DNA from: Guillardia theta CCMP2712
Lineage: Eukaryota; Protista; Cryptophyta
Assembly (NCBI RefSeq): GCF_000315625.1
Contig: NW_005434662.1
Location: forward strand, 526,307-590,306
Direction of reading: 5' to 3'
Length of the DNA stretch: 64,000 nucleotides
Shown: positions 12,501-25,814 of the stretch, piece by piece
How the letters are laid out: each line of letters opens with the position of its first letter
How positions within the stretch are numbered: position 1 is the stretch's first letter
Position numbers and translations under genes: made by a program
The notes under the pieces: model-generated
Told to the model about the DNA's origin: nothing
What the model saw: the letters and a program-made list of their open reading frames with translations, nothing else
The model's database searches: none

Positions 12501-15500
12501 CTCCGCACGTTCCCATCTCTTCTGTCCTGTATGGGCGATCTCATGGATGAAGAAAGTTGAGGCGAGGGAGGCCTATGGGCGCTCAAAACCCTTCCGTTGG
12601 AGTCTTGAGGGTCAGGGCTACTTGGCGACGATCGATGGGGCGGTCTGTCCTGCAAGTGATGTCCTGCCGCATGACTGGAAGAGCCCTCTTCGTTTGCTTC
12701 TTGCGCTGCCCTGCTACAAACAGCTTGAAGGGTTTCTGCTAGAGCAGGCTTCTGATCTCTGATGATCTTCTCTAACGTTTCTGTGCCGTTCAAAGAAATG
12801 ATGGGAACCAGGCATCTCTCCGCTGCTGCCCGAATCTGCATGGATTAGAGATGCCTTAGGATATTCAACGGACTGAAGGGAAAGAGCCATACCTCAGCGT
12901 TCCTGTGTTGCAAGCTATCTATAATCGGTGGGAGAAGGCTAGACAGATCTAAGTCAGTCTTCTTATCCATGTTCTGAAGAAAATCAGCCATCCATCTGTC
13001 ATGGATGTCAGTATCATGCTTGAGTTCAGCCTAATGATGTTCAGCTCATACCTCGTTGCATCCTCACGACCGGCGGGAGCTTCTACTGAAAGAGCGAAAT
13101 GCGCATGACGAACAATGATATCGGGAGAAAGGTTCTTTGACAGCGTCTTCATGCATTCAAGAACCGCATCTCTTACGACCTTCTTATTGTCTCCTATGAG
13201 GGGAAACAGGGAGGGCAGCACAATCTTGTTCACTTTCTCCATGTTGGGCCCAATCGCTTCCGTCAACTGGCTGAGCAACGAGATCGACAGCATGACAATA
13301 TTCTTATTGCTATCTCGCAATCTTGCCTTGAGCTGTGTCCAGAATTCTCCACCATTGACGTCCACGTATGGTCCTTGATGGCCCAGTGGTTTCGCTTTCT
13401 TCAAAGCGTCTTCAATGGCAATCAGAGAACTGTGGCGATCCTTCCAGTTGCTGTTCGAGAGCCCTTCCAACGATTTATGGACAATGGTTGCAAGCGGTGT
13501 TGCCTTGAATGATGCGTCATCAGTGAGCAATTCTTTCTCCTTGCCCGAAGCCTTGCAGACACGTCGAGGGGCTGCTGTTGTTGACATGGGCGCTTCTTGC
13601 AATTCAGGAATGGAGCTGAACGCCTGCATTGAGTAAGTTCGTATGACATGTAGCGCATGCAGTTACAGTTCACCTCATCTATCACTGTAAGTAAAGCTGG
13701 CTTTACATCCGTCAAGAAGTTTCGGATGTCAGAACCAAGATGGATTCGCATGGTCTTAAGTATTTCGATTGAGCTCTTTTTCACCGTTGGATTTGGCGAG
13801 GTCAGCCTGAAAATTACTGGTGTATGAGGAACGATTTGGCGCAACAAGGAGGGATTTACATGTTCTTGATGAATCCCAAGAGCATCTTTGGATCCAAAAC
13901 AGAGAATCCGAATTCCAAACAATATACTTGACAGAAGGCAAGAGCTTCGGAATGCACCTTCAGCATGTTTCAGTGTTTCACGATCCACATCAATGGCATG
14001 CGCTTCGAACCTTTGGATTCTTGTGTTGACTGACTTGATCGATCACAGCATCCAGAACTTGCTTTGGATTGATCGCCTCTCCAAAATTTAAGAGACAGTC
14101 GGTCACAACTTGCTTGAGCTTATGGCAAATCTCGTCAATTCCAATAGCATAACAGGAGGAATAGATACCTTGGCGTCAGAAAATTTGTCAACAAGTACCG
14201 GGATGTAGCTTTCGATGAGGTTCATGCTTTGCAACGAACGCTGCATTGAGACATGGTTACGATTGATCATAGATTTCCATCAAAAATATTTCTTCAAACA
14301 GAGCGTAAATGTCCATTGTGCATACAGGAATTGATATGATCAGTGCAAAAGAAAGGAAACCAGTCGGGTCCCTGTAATCCTTACCTTCAAGAACAGATCT
14401 GCAGCAATCTGAAAGACTTTAGCCAAGACCTATGCACAAGCATCATGATTGCCGTCTTCTCACCAGGAGACTTACCTGCATGTTGGTTTCTTTGCGATCG
14501 ATGAACATTGCAGTCAGTAGCCTCAATAATGCCTGGTTTGATGAAGCATAAGTCCGAAACAGAATCCTAGGACACTCACCTGAGCAATGTTCTCTTGGCC
14601 CATAAACTCCTCTATCTTGGTGACGTTCTCGAGTTCTGTGAGAGCTTCAAGCTTATCCTTCCATGCCCCAGTTTCCAGTCGCTCGAGCATGTTGGGATAC
14701 TTGGTGTTGATTGCTTCTTTAGCAAAACTCTCTAACTCCTCATCTTTCAGGGCTGTGACTGACGTGCTGCTTGCTGTATCCTTCGCTTTTTTGACCGCAT
14801 TCGAGCTTTCTCGAGCTTTACTTCCCAATGGTGTAGCTTCGACTTTGGTCGCCTCCCTTCCATGACCTTTCGCAGGCGATAGCTTCGGACTAGATTTTGC
14901 TCTTCCAATCACTTCCTTCGGGTTGCCTTCACTGCAGTCACACGAAGAAAGCAAACCTTAATTTCAGCCAACCTGCATCATCTTCCAGCGTGAGCAATCT
15001 CGGTTTACTTCTCGTCTTGACGCTCGGAGAATTCCTCGCTGGTGAGGAAGGAACAGATTTGGTTCGCTGACTTGTTGAGCTTTCAGCAGTCTCTTCATTC
15101 TGCCTGGACTCCAGGCGTGCTCTCAGCTTCTCGTCCAATATCTCCATTGGAATATGAAGATTCTCTACAGCAGCTGCAGACGCGAGACACGACATTGAGG
15201 CCTTTGCTGCATCTCGAACCTCGGATGCACTGCATTCGATCACTGCTCAACCGCGAATGAGAGGTAGCAAACAATTACTTGTCATTCGTTGCTTTTCCAA
15301 TGACTTCAACCAAATGCTTCACCCAGAGGCTCAAATCCTGCCAAGTACGTCAGAAGCATGTTCCGAAACGGCCCATCACTCAATGAACAGGAAACGAGGG
15401 ATCTGAATTGATCCATACATCAGCTTTTCTGCGCTCTACCAACACTTGAAGCAATTTCACCGCCTCAATCTTAGCCTGTTGCCCATGTAAATTCAAGAGC

Positions 15501-17063
15501 AATCTGGAACATGCGATGCAAAGAAACCAACCTTGATACTAATTTTGGGTTCGAGAACTTTGGAAATTTCGTCCAACACATCGTCTGCACACAAGGAACT
15601 GAAAAGGAAAACGACTGAGGGATTGAACACTCAGTTTTGCGCTGACCTAGGATACAACGAAAGGAACGCAGCATGCAGCGCTTCGGTCACTCGGCGATCT
15701 TTGTCTCGAAAATGATCCAGTAGGGGTCCAATACACAATCTTGCATATGGAGAAAAAGACTTGCGAAGTCCTGTACGAAAGTGAATGGAAGGACCTAAAT
15801 TCGACATGCGAAAACTTCATTAACAAACCTCCTGCTAGATTTGAAATGCAAGTTGCAGCGGTGGAAACAACCAGTACCATCGAATCGTTGAAAAGTTTGA
15901 GTAGAGTTTTTACAATCTCCCCGTAATCTCCAGGAGCTATCCTTGGCACCTGGAAGCAATGCTACTTCAAAAGAGACACAGGGGGTAAAAGAGAACGAAA
16001 ACGCGAGCAAGAAAGACGTCGAATAGCATTACCTTTGAAAGTTCCATCAAAGTATTCAATTTCTCGAGTCTGATTTGCCATTTTGGCTCAGAGGTCACTT
16101 GCTGACACCAATCCTCTGGGATCTGCTTCAAAACATTCACAGGATCTGAAATCTCCCACAGGTCCAGCTCTGGGAGAGTTTGGACTGGTTGATCTTCCAT
16201 GGCCTTGACGTCCGACCCCTGTCCAAGGTTCTGATCGCGACCCGTTGTATCTGCTGGGTCCTCATTCTCCTTGATTTCCACGCTCGACTTCTCCATTTGT
16301 GCTAGTGCGTCATCGATTTCCTTCTGCTGCGCAGGCCGCAGATTTTGATACTTTTCCCTGAGAGACGAGCCTGGGGAAGAAAGATTTAGCTGCTGCACAC
16401 CACAAGAACGACATCACCAAAGACTTTGAAGATTGACAGGGCGATGGGGAGTGCTTCAGCTCTCACAGAGGTCACGGTGCTATCGAAGAGCTGCACAGAA
16501 AGCGATATGATCTCCTTCAACAGCGCCTTGTCAAAGGTGGGCAATCCTTCCGACTGCAAGTAAATCCGCAGGGACTCCACGGCGGCGGCAGCTATCTTCG
16601 GCTGTTTCGAAGAAGCGGCTGCCATCAGTTCGGTGACCACCACGTTGGAATGAAGCTTGCACATCTGCAGCAAAGCTCTCTGTGCTTTGCCTCGACATTT
16701 GGCTTGAACCAGCCCCTTGTAAACGAGCCTGGCTGACAACTGCGGGCTAATTTCCTTCATCGAATGCTCGGAAGCATTTTCAATGAAGCACACCGCCGCC
16801 TCAATGCCTTTCTCTTGCACAATCACATTGGAATCATCGACGCCTTCGAGAACATAGCGCATTACCTCTTCCTCCTTGCATCCTTTGAAACCGCTCCTGA
16901 CCTTGGCGGCTACAGCTACCAGGCAGTCGCTGCGATCCTTCCAATTCTTGCTTGCAAACTTCGACTCAAGGGCACCCATGTCCAGGTCCGCCTGCCCTTG
17001 GCCGTTCTCTCCGTCCCCTCCCGCGGTATCATCGAAGTCGCTGAACTTTCCCGGTCCCAGCAT
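9521..17063 (-). CDS. CKAP5: XMAP215/Dis1/ch-TOG (MOR1) microtubule polymerase with five TOG domains; multi-exon, 3' end approximate
   Basis: TOG HEAT-A signatures SKNWKDR, PKWQIRLE, GAWKDKLE, SNWKDRH and SKEFKKQ. PRIAPGDYGEIVKTL motif. C-terminal domain DIHKFLTAHPP...PLRLLKMILNELVKLKG. Confidence 0.92.
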
Positions 17064-17546
17064 GTTCAGCCCTCTCGTCCTCTCATCCTTTCCTCCCCCT
17101 GGATCCCGCCATATTTTCCTCCAAATCTCATTTGATGATGTCGACCCGCCTCATCAGCCCCCTCACATCTCAATCCAACATCACTGACCCGCCTCAGTTA
17201 ATGACAGGCCGGCCCAGTGATCGGACCGTCGACGGGCCGCCGGGGACCCGGGCCGCTCAGCTGTGGGCGAAGGCGACGGCCCGGAGTCGGATCATTGCTT
17301 ACAGCCGAGACGGCCGGTCGCCGGACGGCTCAGCTCGTTTAAAATTCTCTGGTCAATCTGAGTTCCTTCAAACGAGTCACACTCTCGGTGACTAGCTAGT
17401 GACTCGTGACCATACTACTGCCGATCTGAGTGGCTCCGAGGCTCCAAGGTTGATTCATTTCTCACGATCATGACGACTTCTAATTTACAGTGAACGCGTA
17501 AATGCTTGGAGAAATTGCAAGCCTCCCTTCCTGTAGCAGAAAAGCA

Positions 17547-18935
17547 TCAATTCCTAGGTTTGCCTTTCGCACCAACCATTACATCATCGCTGTCATAGTC
17601 TTCATTTGTCTCTGCTGATTCCGTAGGATCCATATCAGACAATTCTCGGCGACGCAACGCCTGTTCGAAGCAAAAGGCCTCATCGACGTATTTGTGCAGA
17701 GCAAGCAACGACTACCTTTGACAGAAACGTGAAGAGCTTGGCGTTCCCCTCTGCTAGCTGAGACCTTGCTAAGTCTAAAGCTGTCTTGCCCCACTCATCG
17801 GGCCTCGTCACATCTGTGTGAACCACGAGTCACGTCGTCCACCCACATCCCTCACCGCATCACCTGCTCCATGATCGATGAGCACCCGCGCGGCCTCGAG
17901 TTGCTCACACCAGACTGCCTCATGGAGAGGCGTGTACTTGTAGCCTGCTGCTCCTGCACAGCCATGAGCACGCATCCAGCACTTGGAGGTCCATGGGATA
18001 CCTCTCTCTGCACCATGCACATCAGCTCCTGATCTGATCAAGACCCGGATCGTCTCGATGTGCCCGCCGGCGGCTGCTCTGTGCAAGGCAGTCCATTGCA
18101 TCTTGTCGTGGTGGTTCACATCTGCACCGAGTTGAAGGAGTTTGATCACAGTCTTCACGCGGCCATCAGCGGCAGCATACTGCAAAGGAGTGTAGCCAAA
18201 GTTGTTGCTGGCATTAACCAGCCAAGAGGCATTCTTTGCGATCGTCTCTACTGTATGTGTGTGTCCATTGTATGCCGCATAGTGAAGTATGGAGCTCCTG
18301 CGCTTGTCAGTAAAGTTCATGTCGGCCCCAAGGACTGCCAACAAATCGACAGCATCCTTGTGTCCACATTCGGCTGCTTTCAAGATCGCACATTGATGTT
18401 CCTCGTTGATGAAGTTTACATCAGCCCCCATCTGTACAAACTTCCTGATCTTCTCTAATTTGCCCTTCTTCGCGGCTCGAATCAGTCTTAGATTGGCTTC
18501 ATTTTCTCTGTCCAAACTGAAGCCAAGACACGCACCTCCACCCGTAACTCGCAGGCAGAAGTCTTTTCGCATGGCCTCCAAGTGTTTCAATCTTGTTTCG
18601 AATTGAGCTGCCGAAACAAGACCCCTGTCCAGGGATCCATCCCGAGTCACCGAGAGGTTCCTTGCTCCAAAACAGATGTCCGGTCCAAAATACGATCTGC
18701 TAACGAATGCACAAGGTAGTTGGTATGAATTGTCGCGGCAAAGCGAAGAAACCCTTGCTTTGTGCTCTCCCTCCGTCAGGCAAGCATAGAATCTCGCAAA
18801 ATTGAAAGTACCGGACAACCCCTTGCAGGTGGTGGCTGTCTTTCCAGGTATCATCAGAATTGAAAACAGCAGAAACCATTGAGGGGCCCGTAGCTTCAAA
18901 ACTGAGAATGGAATCATAAGACAAGGACTTGTCAT
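17547..18935 (-). CDS. Ankyrin repeat protein with N-terminal hydrophobic (signal-like) segment
   Basis: Ankyrin repeats GYTPLQYAA, WTALHRAA, YTPLHEAV, plus a later exon EWGKTALDLA. N-terminal PQWFLLFSILMIPG. Confidence 0.8.
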
Positions 18936-21632
18936 GTTCGTCCCATGGATGGTTGGGCCCTGTTCCTCTCAACAATGTGAGTGTAAGCTTCGATTGGTAT
19001 TGTGTGTTGTTGTGTTTGAAAATTTCTTTGCGGCAGATGACGCGCACGAATCAATTTCCATTGTTCTACGTTGAGGCGTGTCTGCTCTTTGCAAGGCTTC
19101 AGAGTTTTCAAGTGTTCATCACCACCCACTGCGTCTTGAGCAGAAGAGCCCTCAGGTTGTGCTGAGACCCAGCCTAGGATCACGCTCTTGTAGTGCGAGA
19201 CATGTCAGCCTCTCCGCGACATCCCCTCCTTCTTTCCACTTCCTGCCTGCCTATTGCAACCGCACGGCCCCCTGTGGCTCCTGCATTAGAGATCCGTATC
19301 CCTGACGGGGCGGGCTTGTACAACTGTCGTGACTCGGGGCACTCGGAGCGGCCGGGCCGGGGCGCCCGGGCCCGACTCAGGAAACTGCACTGCCGCGCGG
19401 TCGACAGTACGTTGAACGATCAGGGTAAGGCTTCGGACCGTCAGACGGTCCGATCAGAGCGCCCGAGCCTGATGAGAACCAGTCGGTCTCTCCAGCTCGG
19501 TCATGCCGCAGTGCCCGGCCGCCGGCCGGCGGGGACTCCCCGTCAGTCCACTTAGGTGCGCAGTAACATTGGGTGACTCAAGCTACACACGCAGGCAGAT
19601 TCTCAGTGAAAACTTTGTACATGCGGCAGCTCACGGGTTGACCTTTCACTTGTGAAATCTACCGACCTCCTGCGGGGTCGCTGAAGGACTTTCTACCTCA
19701 GGTTGGTTCCAACCCAGACGTATCTCTACAAACGCCTCACTTGTTTCTTGTCTGTCCTGCGATCACCATGATGTCAGTCAAGAAGTGAGAAAAGGAACTT
19801 GCCTCAGGAGGAGGGGTCAACGGCAGCAAGTTGGGGCACCCATCGAGCTCTGAACTCAAGCTTAAGCGCCTGCAACTGGAGAATCAGAAGAGAGTAGGCG
19901 CACCAGAGCAGAAAAGGATGCACGCAGCTCACAATGAGTTACCTGTTGTTTCCCTCAGCCATCATACTCGAAAGCAAGGTGTCATGTTCGTATGCTTCAT
20001 GCTCGTCATGATGTCGAGAAATCTCGATCAGAGAAATCTACGTTCCAAGTATCACACATCAAGGCCTCGGAGTATCGCACCTACCGGTTGTATTGTTGAG
20101 ACTGAGTAATTCGATCGTCTCCCGCTGCAGCTCGACGTTAACGTAAACAGCACCACGAGGAAAGGCTCTCACTTCTTCACAACAAACACGAGTCTCAACA
20201 ACCTTACAATGTCCCTTATCACACGGCTGGGCGGCAGAGAGTCAGCACAAGAGCAATGGAAACACACGGATACATGAGAAGGGCCAAATCTTCTTCCAAG
20301 GTCTCTGAGATTGCCTGGCTAACTGTTTCAAAACATCGCACTTGTGAAAATTCCATACCGGCATATAAACAAACGCAAAGAGCGCTCCGACACACATCAC
20401 AGCAAGAACCTGTACACGCCAATTTAAATTCCTGGGGCAAAGACGTTCCGAATACCGCATCGAATACGTTGGAACGATTTGAGCAGAAATTCCAAAATCC
20501 TTCAGCGAAGGCCTGAAAAAGAAAAGGAAGGCATCAACACCATCCTCCTATTTGCATCACTTGCTCACCCGAATCATGACCTCCACCAATAGCGCAACTG
20601 TTATGAAAACCTCCAACAACTGCAACACATGACGTCACAAGATGTCAGGTTGCAACGTCCCCAACCAGAAACCACACGATGTGTGGAGCCTCGTCGTACT
20701 TGTAGAAGCTGTATACAATAGCAAATACATTTATACATATCATGAGAACCTGCAGACTCGTGTCACGCCATGAAACTTTTGAGTTGGTTGATTACGTAAT
20801 AGTAACTGAACCATGAGGAGAAAACGATCAGTCGAGCATAGCCCCTCAGCTGTTGCGTTTCATGCGCGTACTTCCTCTTGTTGTAGCTGAGCAAGAAGTG
20901 AGTCGCTTGTACTTTCCACGATGTCCATCTCACCGGAAAGGAATTTTCCCGAAAGAGCTTTTGATGCCGGACAGTTTCGGCAAGCCCCTGAACCCTGACA
21001 AACAGCGCATCAGCAGAAGCTGCTTCCCTCCAACATGCCAGTACCTTTCGATGTCTCGAGCTGGCCTGCGCACAGTGTGGGAATATTTTCGTCTCCTTGC
21101 TCCGAGTCTCCAGGATGGTGGTGGCTGGGACTTTCTGACTCGTCCGCCAGCTCCCCGAACGGAGTGGGCAACATCCCTTGCGGTCAGGGTAGCAGCAGCC
21201 AAGGAGGCCGAACTATCTAGAGCGAGCTATCTCCTTCCTGTCCTTATCTGCAGAAGACCGAATCAACATGGTCAGTTCGCTATAAGTTATGGCGATACCC
21301 TGATGACCTCCCGACGAAGCCACAAATGCATGCTGGGAGGAGAAACCAGTGACCCAATATTCCCAGACCTCCAAGTCACGTGCCTTCGTTCCTTCAAACT
21401 CGGCTCTACCTAACTTATCATAGCTCATGTCCCTTCGGCGTCTCTCTCCTACACCCGTCTGCTCCTCCTTCGCTGCCCTCCTCTTCCTCCTCCCTCAGCC
21501 TGCATCGTTACACCGGTCCCAGCAGAAAAACAAATTCGTGTAAAAGAGAACAAAAAAACCGACCTTGCAATGCTCCGATCAGAATCGTATGGCCGGGCGG
21601 ATGAGCATGGGATAAGGAGAAGAGTGAGGAGG

Positions 21633-21674
21633 CAGGAGGAGGAGGAGGAGGAGGAGGAGGAGGAGGAGGAGGAG
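21633..21674. repeat. (GAG)n microsatellite
   Basis: Direct read. Confidence 0.9.
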
Positions 21675-21757
21675 AGTAATGATGACATGGACCAAGTAGA
21701 TGCAAGGTTTATCTCAATAGCCTGTACGCACTTTCTTATGTGACACCTGGAGACACG

Positions 21758-23215
21758 ATGACCAGGAGCTGCAGCTTGTCTAGTTGCTCCCTCATTCTCC
21801 TCCTCGTTCTCGACTTGTCTTGCTGTGTTCCGCAGCCATTGAGCCAGACCCCGAGCGCTGACGAGAAGGTCAAGCACAAAGATGTGTGCAGGACACGTGA
21901 TATCGAAGCCATCTACGCTCGTGAAGGGCTTGCAGAGTTCTTCCGAGTCCATGATAACGAGCGGAGACTTCATGAGGAAAGGCCTTGGCAGAGGAAGTCA
22001 AGACGGTTTCTTGCTTGCAAACCGATGGGTGGGATTGGAAACTACATCAGCGGTTTGATGTCATGCCTGGCTATGGCTATGGCCACGAACAGAAGCCTGT
22101 TGCTGGCAAAGCCTCCTCCCACTCCTCCTGAAAAGACCACAACCTATGATGTTCCAGTATCACAAATGTTTGACTTCCCGGTCAACATGTCTCTTGGAAT
22201 CTTTGGTCCTGTGGAAGACATCCCATTCTTGGTGGACAAAGATGGAAATGCTCAGGAGACAGCTGACTTACAGATGATAGACATACGTTCCCATGATCTT
22301 CTTTGCATCAACTTCTCATCTGTTTACCACAAACCGATTGTGGTGATGCCTGCACATCTGTGGTTGAGCGCGATCACAATGAACAAGTTCCATTCGCCAT
22401 GGTTTCAAGAGCATTACGGCGTCGACCGCCACGGTGTTGTGCCGTTCGTACAGAAGGTTGGCCCAAGTTTCGTCCGTCCGAAACGGGAGCTTCAAGCTTT
22501 GATCGACCAGCTCTGGGGGTTTCTGACCAAGGACGTCAATCTTAACAATGTCATCGGCCTTCAAGTCCGTGTGGGCATGCCCATTGACACCAGAGCTTAC
22601 AACGACAGGCCTCCACCGGGTTCTGCTCCCGAGTTTGTCCGATGTGCCTACTCCTACATGTCGGCGCCATGCAAGGAGAGGCCTTCGGCATGGATCATCG
22701 CAGCAGACCAGATGCAGAGCAAACGCGAAATCATCGTACAGATTGCTATCAACGAAGGCCCCGTGGTTGCTGCTGCAAACGAGGAGGGTCTCAGAAACAC
22801 TCTGGGCATTCCCGCTGATTTCTTCGCGCACGACGGCAAACTCTCTCCTCCGGCTGGCACTATCAAGCAGTTGCCTTTCTCTGAAGCTCTGGCCCAGCTC
22901 GGGTTCGCTTTGCTGGAGTTTGCGTCCGGTGCGAGGGCGCTGGTCTTGGCCTCGTCCTCTCCTATGAGCACCATCAGTAGCATGAGGGCAGCGGTTGTCG
23001 AAATGTTCCTCCTAAAGCTGGCCGATCTTCTGGTGATCACTGAGAACTCGACATTCTGGATACCAGCTGTTGCCTTCGTTCCAAGGAGACGCTGGGGGGA
23101 CGGAGAGAAGGAGCATCGTTGTAAGGAGCGAGGAAGGAGCTGTTGCGATGATGGTGTGTACATCATGACAACGACTAGGAGGTTGTGTTGGACCTCTAGC
23201 TCTCTCACAAACTGA
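21758..23215 (+). CDS. Secreted/type II GDP-fucose-dependent fucosyltransferase-like protein (NodZ/FUT8/GT37-like fold)
   Basis: Hydrophobic N-terminus. Motifs GGIGNYISG..A.ATNRSL, IGLQVRVG (motif I), WIIAAD (motif II) and AVVEMFLL..ADLLVITENSTF (motif III). Confidence 0.72.
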   Translation: MTRSCSLSSCSLILLLVLDLSCCVPQPLSQTPSADEKVKHKDVCRTRDIEAIYAREGLAEFFRVHDNERRLHEERPWQRKSRRFLACKPMGGIGNYISGLMSCLAMAMATNRSLLLAKPPPTPPEKTTTYDVPVSQMFDFPVNMSLGIFGPVEDIPFLVDKDGNAQETADLQMIDIRSHDLLCINFSSVYHKPIVVMPAHLWLSAITMNKFHSPWFQEHYGVDRHGVVPFVQKVGPSFVRPKRELQALIDQLWGFLTKDVNLNNVIGLQVRVGMPIDTRAYNDRPPPGSAPEFVRCAYSYMSAPCKERPSAWIIAADQMQSKREIIVQIAINEGPVVAAANEEGLRNTLGIPADFFAHDGKLSPPAGTIKQLPFSEALAQLGFALLEFASGARALVLASSSPMSTISSMRAAVVEMFLLKLADLLVITENSTFWIPAVAFVPRRRWGDGEKEHRCKERGRSCCDDGVYIMTTTRRLCWTSSSLTN

Positions 23216-23549
23216 CTAGTCCATCAGATGCTATCCCTTGCCGACCTTTGAGCCGACGTCCGACGCGGGGTACCGGAGTCGTGCAATGACTCGTTCTCCC
23301 TGCTACTCTGACTCGGTTCTTGACCCTTCAGTCACGTGGCTTCCCCCCTCGTGATATCAAAGTCTTGCAAGACCGTAGTAGGTCATCTTTAGAGATGTTT
23401 ACAGACATTCAAAAAGGAGAGAGAATATGTGGTTTCGGGTTAGGTTGTAGGATCCTCAAAAAACCCAACTAGCAGATCTTGGCTCCAAGGCAGACAAACA
23501 AAATCAGGACAGCACACTGCTTTGAAGATCTTCCAGGCAGTCTAAGACA

Positions 23550-25028
23550 TTCACGAGGTCATCCTTTGCATCTTGTAGACCTTGTATTTCCCTGTCATTG
23601 CAGTCACACCAAAACGGCAAAACCCTTTTCATCTTTCACGTACTTCTCCACAGTCATTAGCTGCAGCAGCGACAAGTTTTTCTGCAAACTAGATCATCTC
23701 AAACGCTCTCTACAGCTCTCAAAGAACCTGATTGACCCCATCTTCGTCCTCCTCGTTCGAGCTTGGCTGTTTCATGAGCATGGTCAGCCCGAATGCACGC
23801 AAACTTCTCATGGCACAAACCTCTGCAAGTACTTCGATAAGATGCTGCAGCTCCGGATCTGATTCGTCACGAATCTTCTTTGATCGCCGTACAGCCGGTC
23901 CACTCTTGTGAATCTTGTTTTGAAGATATGGCTGTGAACAGAAAACAAAATTGTAAATGGGCCAACTTGCAACGAGAAAATGTCGTTATGTAGCAAAAAT
24001 GATCACAAAGATTCAAAATTCATCACTTGAAGGCTTTGGAATAATTCTTGTTTGGCCCCATTCTGTTGACCCCACAAACCATATGCTTGACGCAAAATCT
24101 TTTTGCGAACTTCCTTTTTCAGCTTCTTTATCTGGAGCATCTCAAAGTTTTAGCCACTCCATGACAAGATGCCTTTGCAGAACCTGATCGTAGCAGGGAT
24201 TCTCGTAAGGGCTTCTCAGATTCTTGTCTGGGGTAACGCTTTCAACTATAGCTTTCAGCCTCAAAGCTTTTGTCTGTCGCACTCAAGTTACTTTCTACCC
24301 CAACGGACTCCAAGCTTGCCTTCAATCTCTCCAGGTCTTCGGCAGGATCTTTTGTGGCCGGCCTTGCAAGCGGCAGCTCTTGCTTTGCAGTTCTACTCCC
24401 AATGCAATCAATCTCACAGTGATACTGGCCTGGACCAGGGATCTGCATAAAGTGAGGACGGAGCAATCTCTGAGCGCGTTCATATCACTTTCTGACTCCG
24501 CAGAATCTTCCATTCGAGATCAGACTTGGCCTTTCCGGTTGGAAATCGGACGTATCTTGGTTCAGAGACCAGCCTTCCTCGGTGAGTGATAGGAACCTGA
24601 TACCTACACAACAGAAAAGCAACGATACAATCATCAGGCGCGTCCCAACACCTTGCAGCTATCAACACTCACTGTCCTGGCCCTGGCATCTTGGCCTTGT
24701 AGTATTCGATCCATTCAAGCTCCGTCTTAGGCTTGGCTGTACTGAAGCGAACACCTTCATTCTCCTGCCGTTTCTGGGGACTGTACGATCCTGGCCCTGG
24801 GATGTTCCTGGTCCTCCTGATCTCAAGATCTATTAAGGTCTGAGCCGTACATGTCAGTGAGAGTCAGATCGCACAGACTCTCTGCCGTGAGGAGGAGGAG
24901 AGTACCGGTAGCTTCCCCTCGCTGAAGATCCCTCCTCGAGCACCGAACATGTTGTAGCGGTACCGGACATGCTCCTCTCGGGACTCGCTCGTCTTCCTCC
25001 CCGGCGACTGCGAAACCTCCGACATCAT
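23550..25028 (-). CDS. PG-rich repeat (SHIPPO/STPG/ODF3-like) axonemal protein; multi-exon, ends approximate
   Basis: Minus-strand exons encode IPGPGSYSP (about 24780-24810), MPGPGQ (about 24670-24695) and IPGPGQYH (about 24420-24445). Confidence 0.6.
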
Positions 25029-25814
25029 GCCATGATTTTATAGGCAACCGCTCACTGCGGCGGCTACTACCAGACCTCTACCGTTGAAACAATTGACCCG
25101 ACCGTTGCAGCAGTTTGACCACATACATGAAAAAGGAGTCGATTCGACCTTTTCTTTTTTTGACCATATCAACATCGTTTTTTTTCCATCGGACCATATC
25201 AAGGGCACACTACTACTGTGACGGTGTGTAGAGCATCGTGGTCAGAGTGAAACAAGTTGAGAGAAAGGGAGTCCTCGAGATACTTTGATGACGTTACGAA
25301 GAAGTTTAGACATCAGTCGCAGTGCAAGTTGGCATACTTTGTTCATTTTTCTATTCCATTTGACCAGTCTGCTCACCTTTACCCTCCTCAGACCGTGGAT
25401 CTTCATGCTCTCAAGATAAGATCATGGTACGTCCTGCAGCTACAGAGGAAAACAAATTCATCGGGCTACATTTTGCACTTGCGGTGAGTGGGAACCAGAA
25501 AGAGGAGACTCATTTAGCACTCCGCTGAACGATTGGCAGGTCACCGTTCCAGTAACTAGCGTTACGCAACAAGTTGGCCACTGCATCATAGCTCGGACTG
25601 GTCGCTACTCTATTTTCTCAGCTCTGCAAGAATGCTGTCCAACCATCATCAGGAGCGAGGAACCCTTCATAGGTCGCTACGGGATGACGGAGATGGAATT
25701 CAACAAGGTCTTGGAGAGGAATGGCTTTACCAAAGTCAGAGATCGGAAAGGAACGATTGGACCTGCTGCCGAAGACTGTAAGGACAGAGGATTCCTTTGA
25801 AGTTTGGCTGATTT

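Noticed and set aside
19750-20810. Possible small spliced membrane-protein gene on the minus strand
   Set aside because: Exon-like pieces are present, but the frame and product could not be established with confidence.
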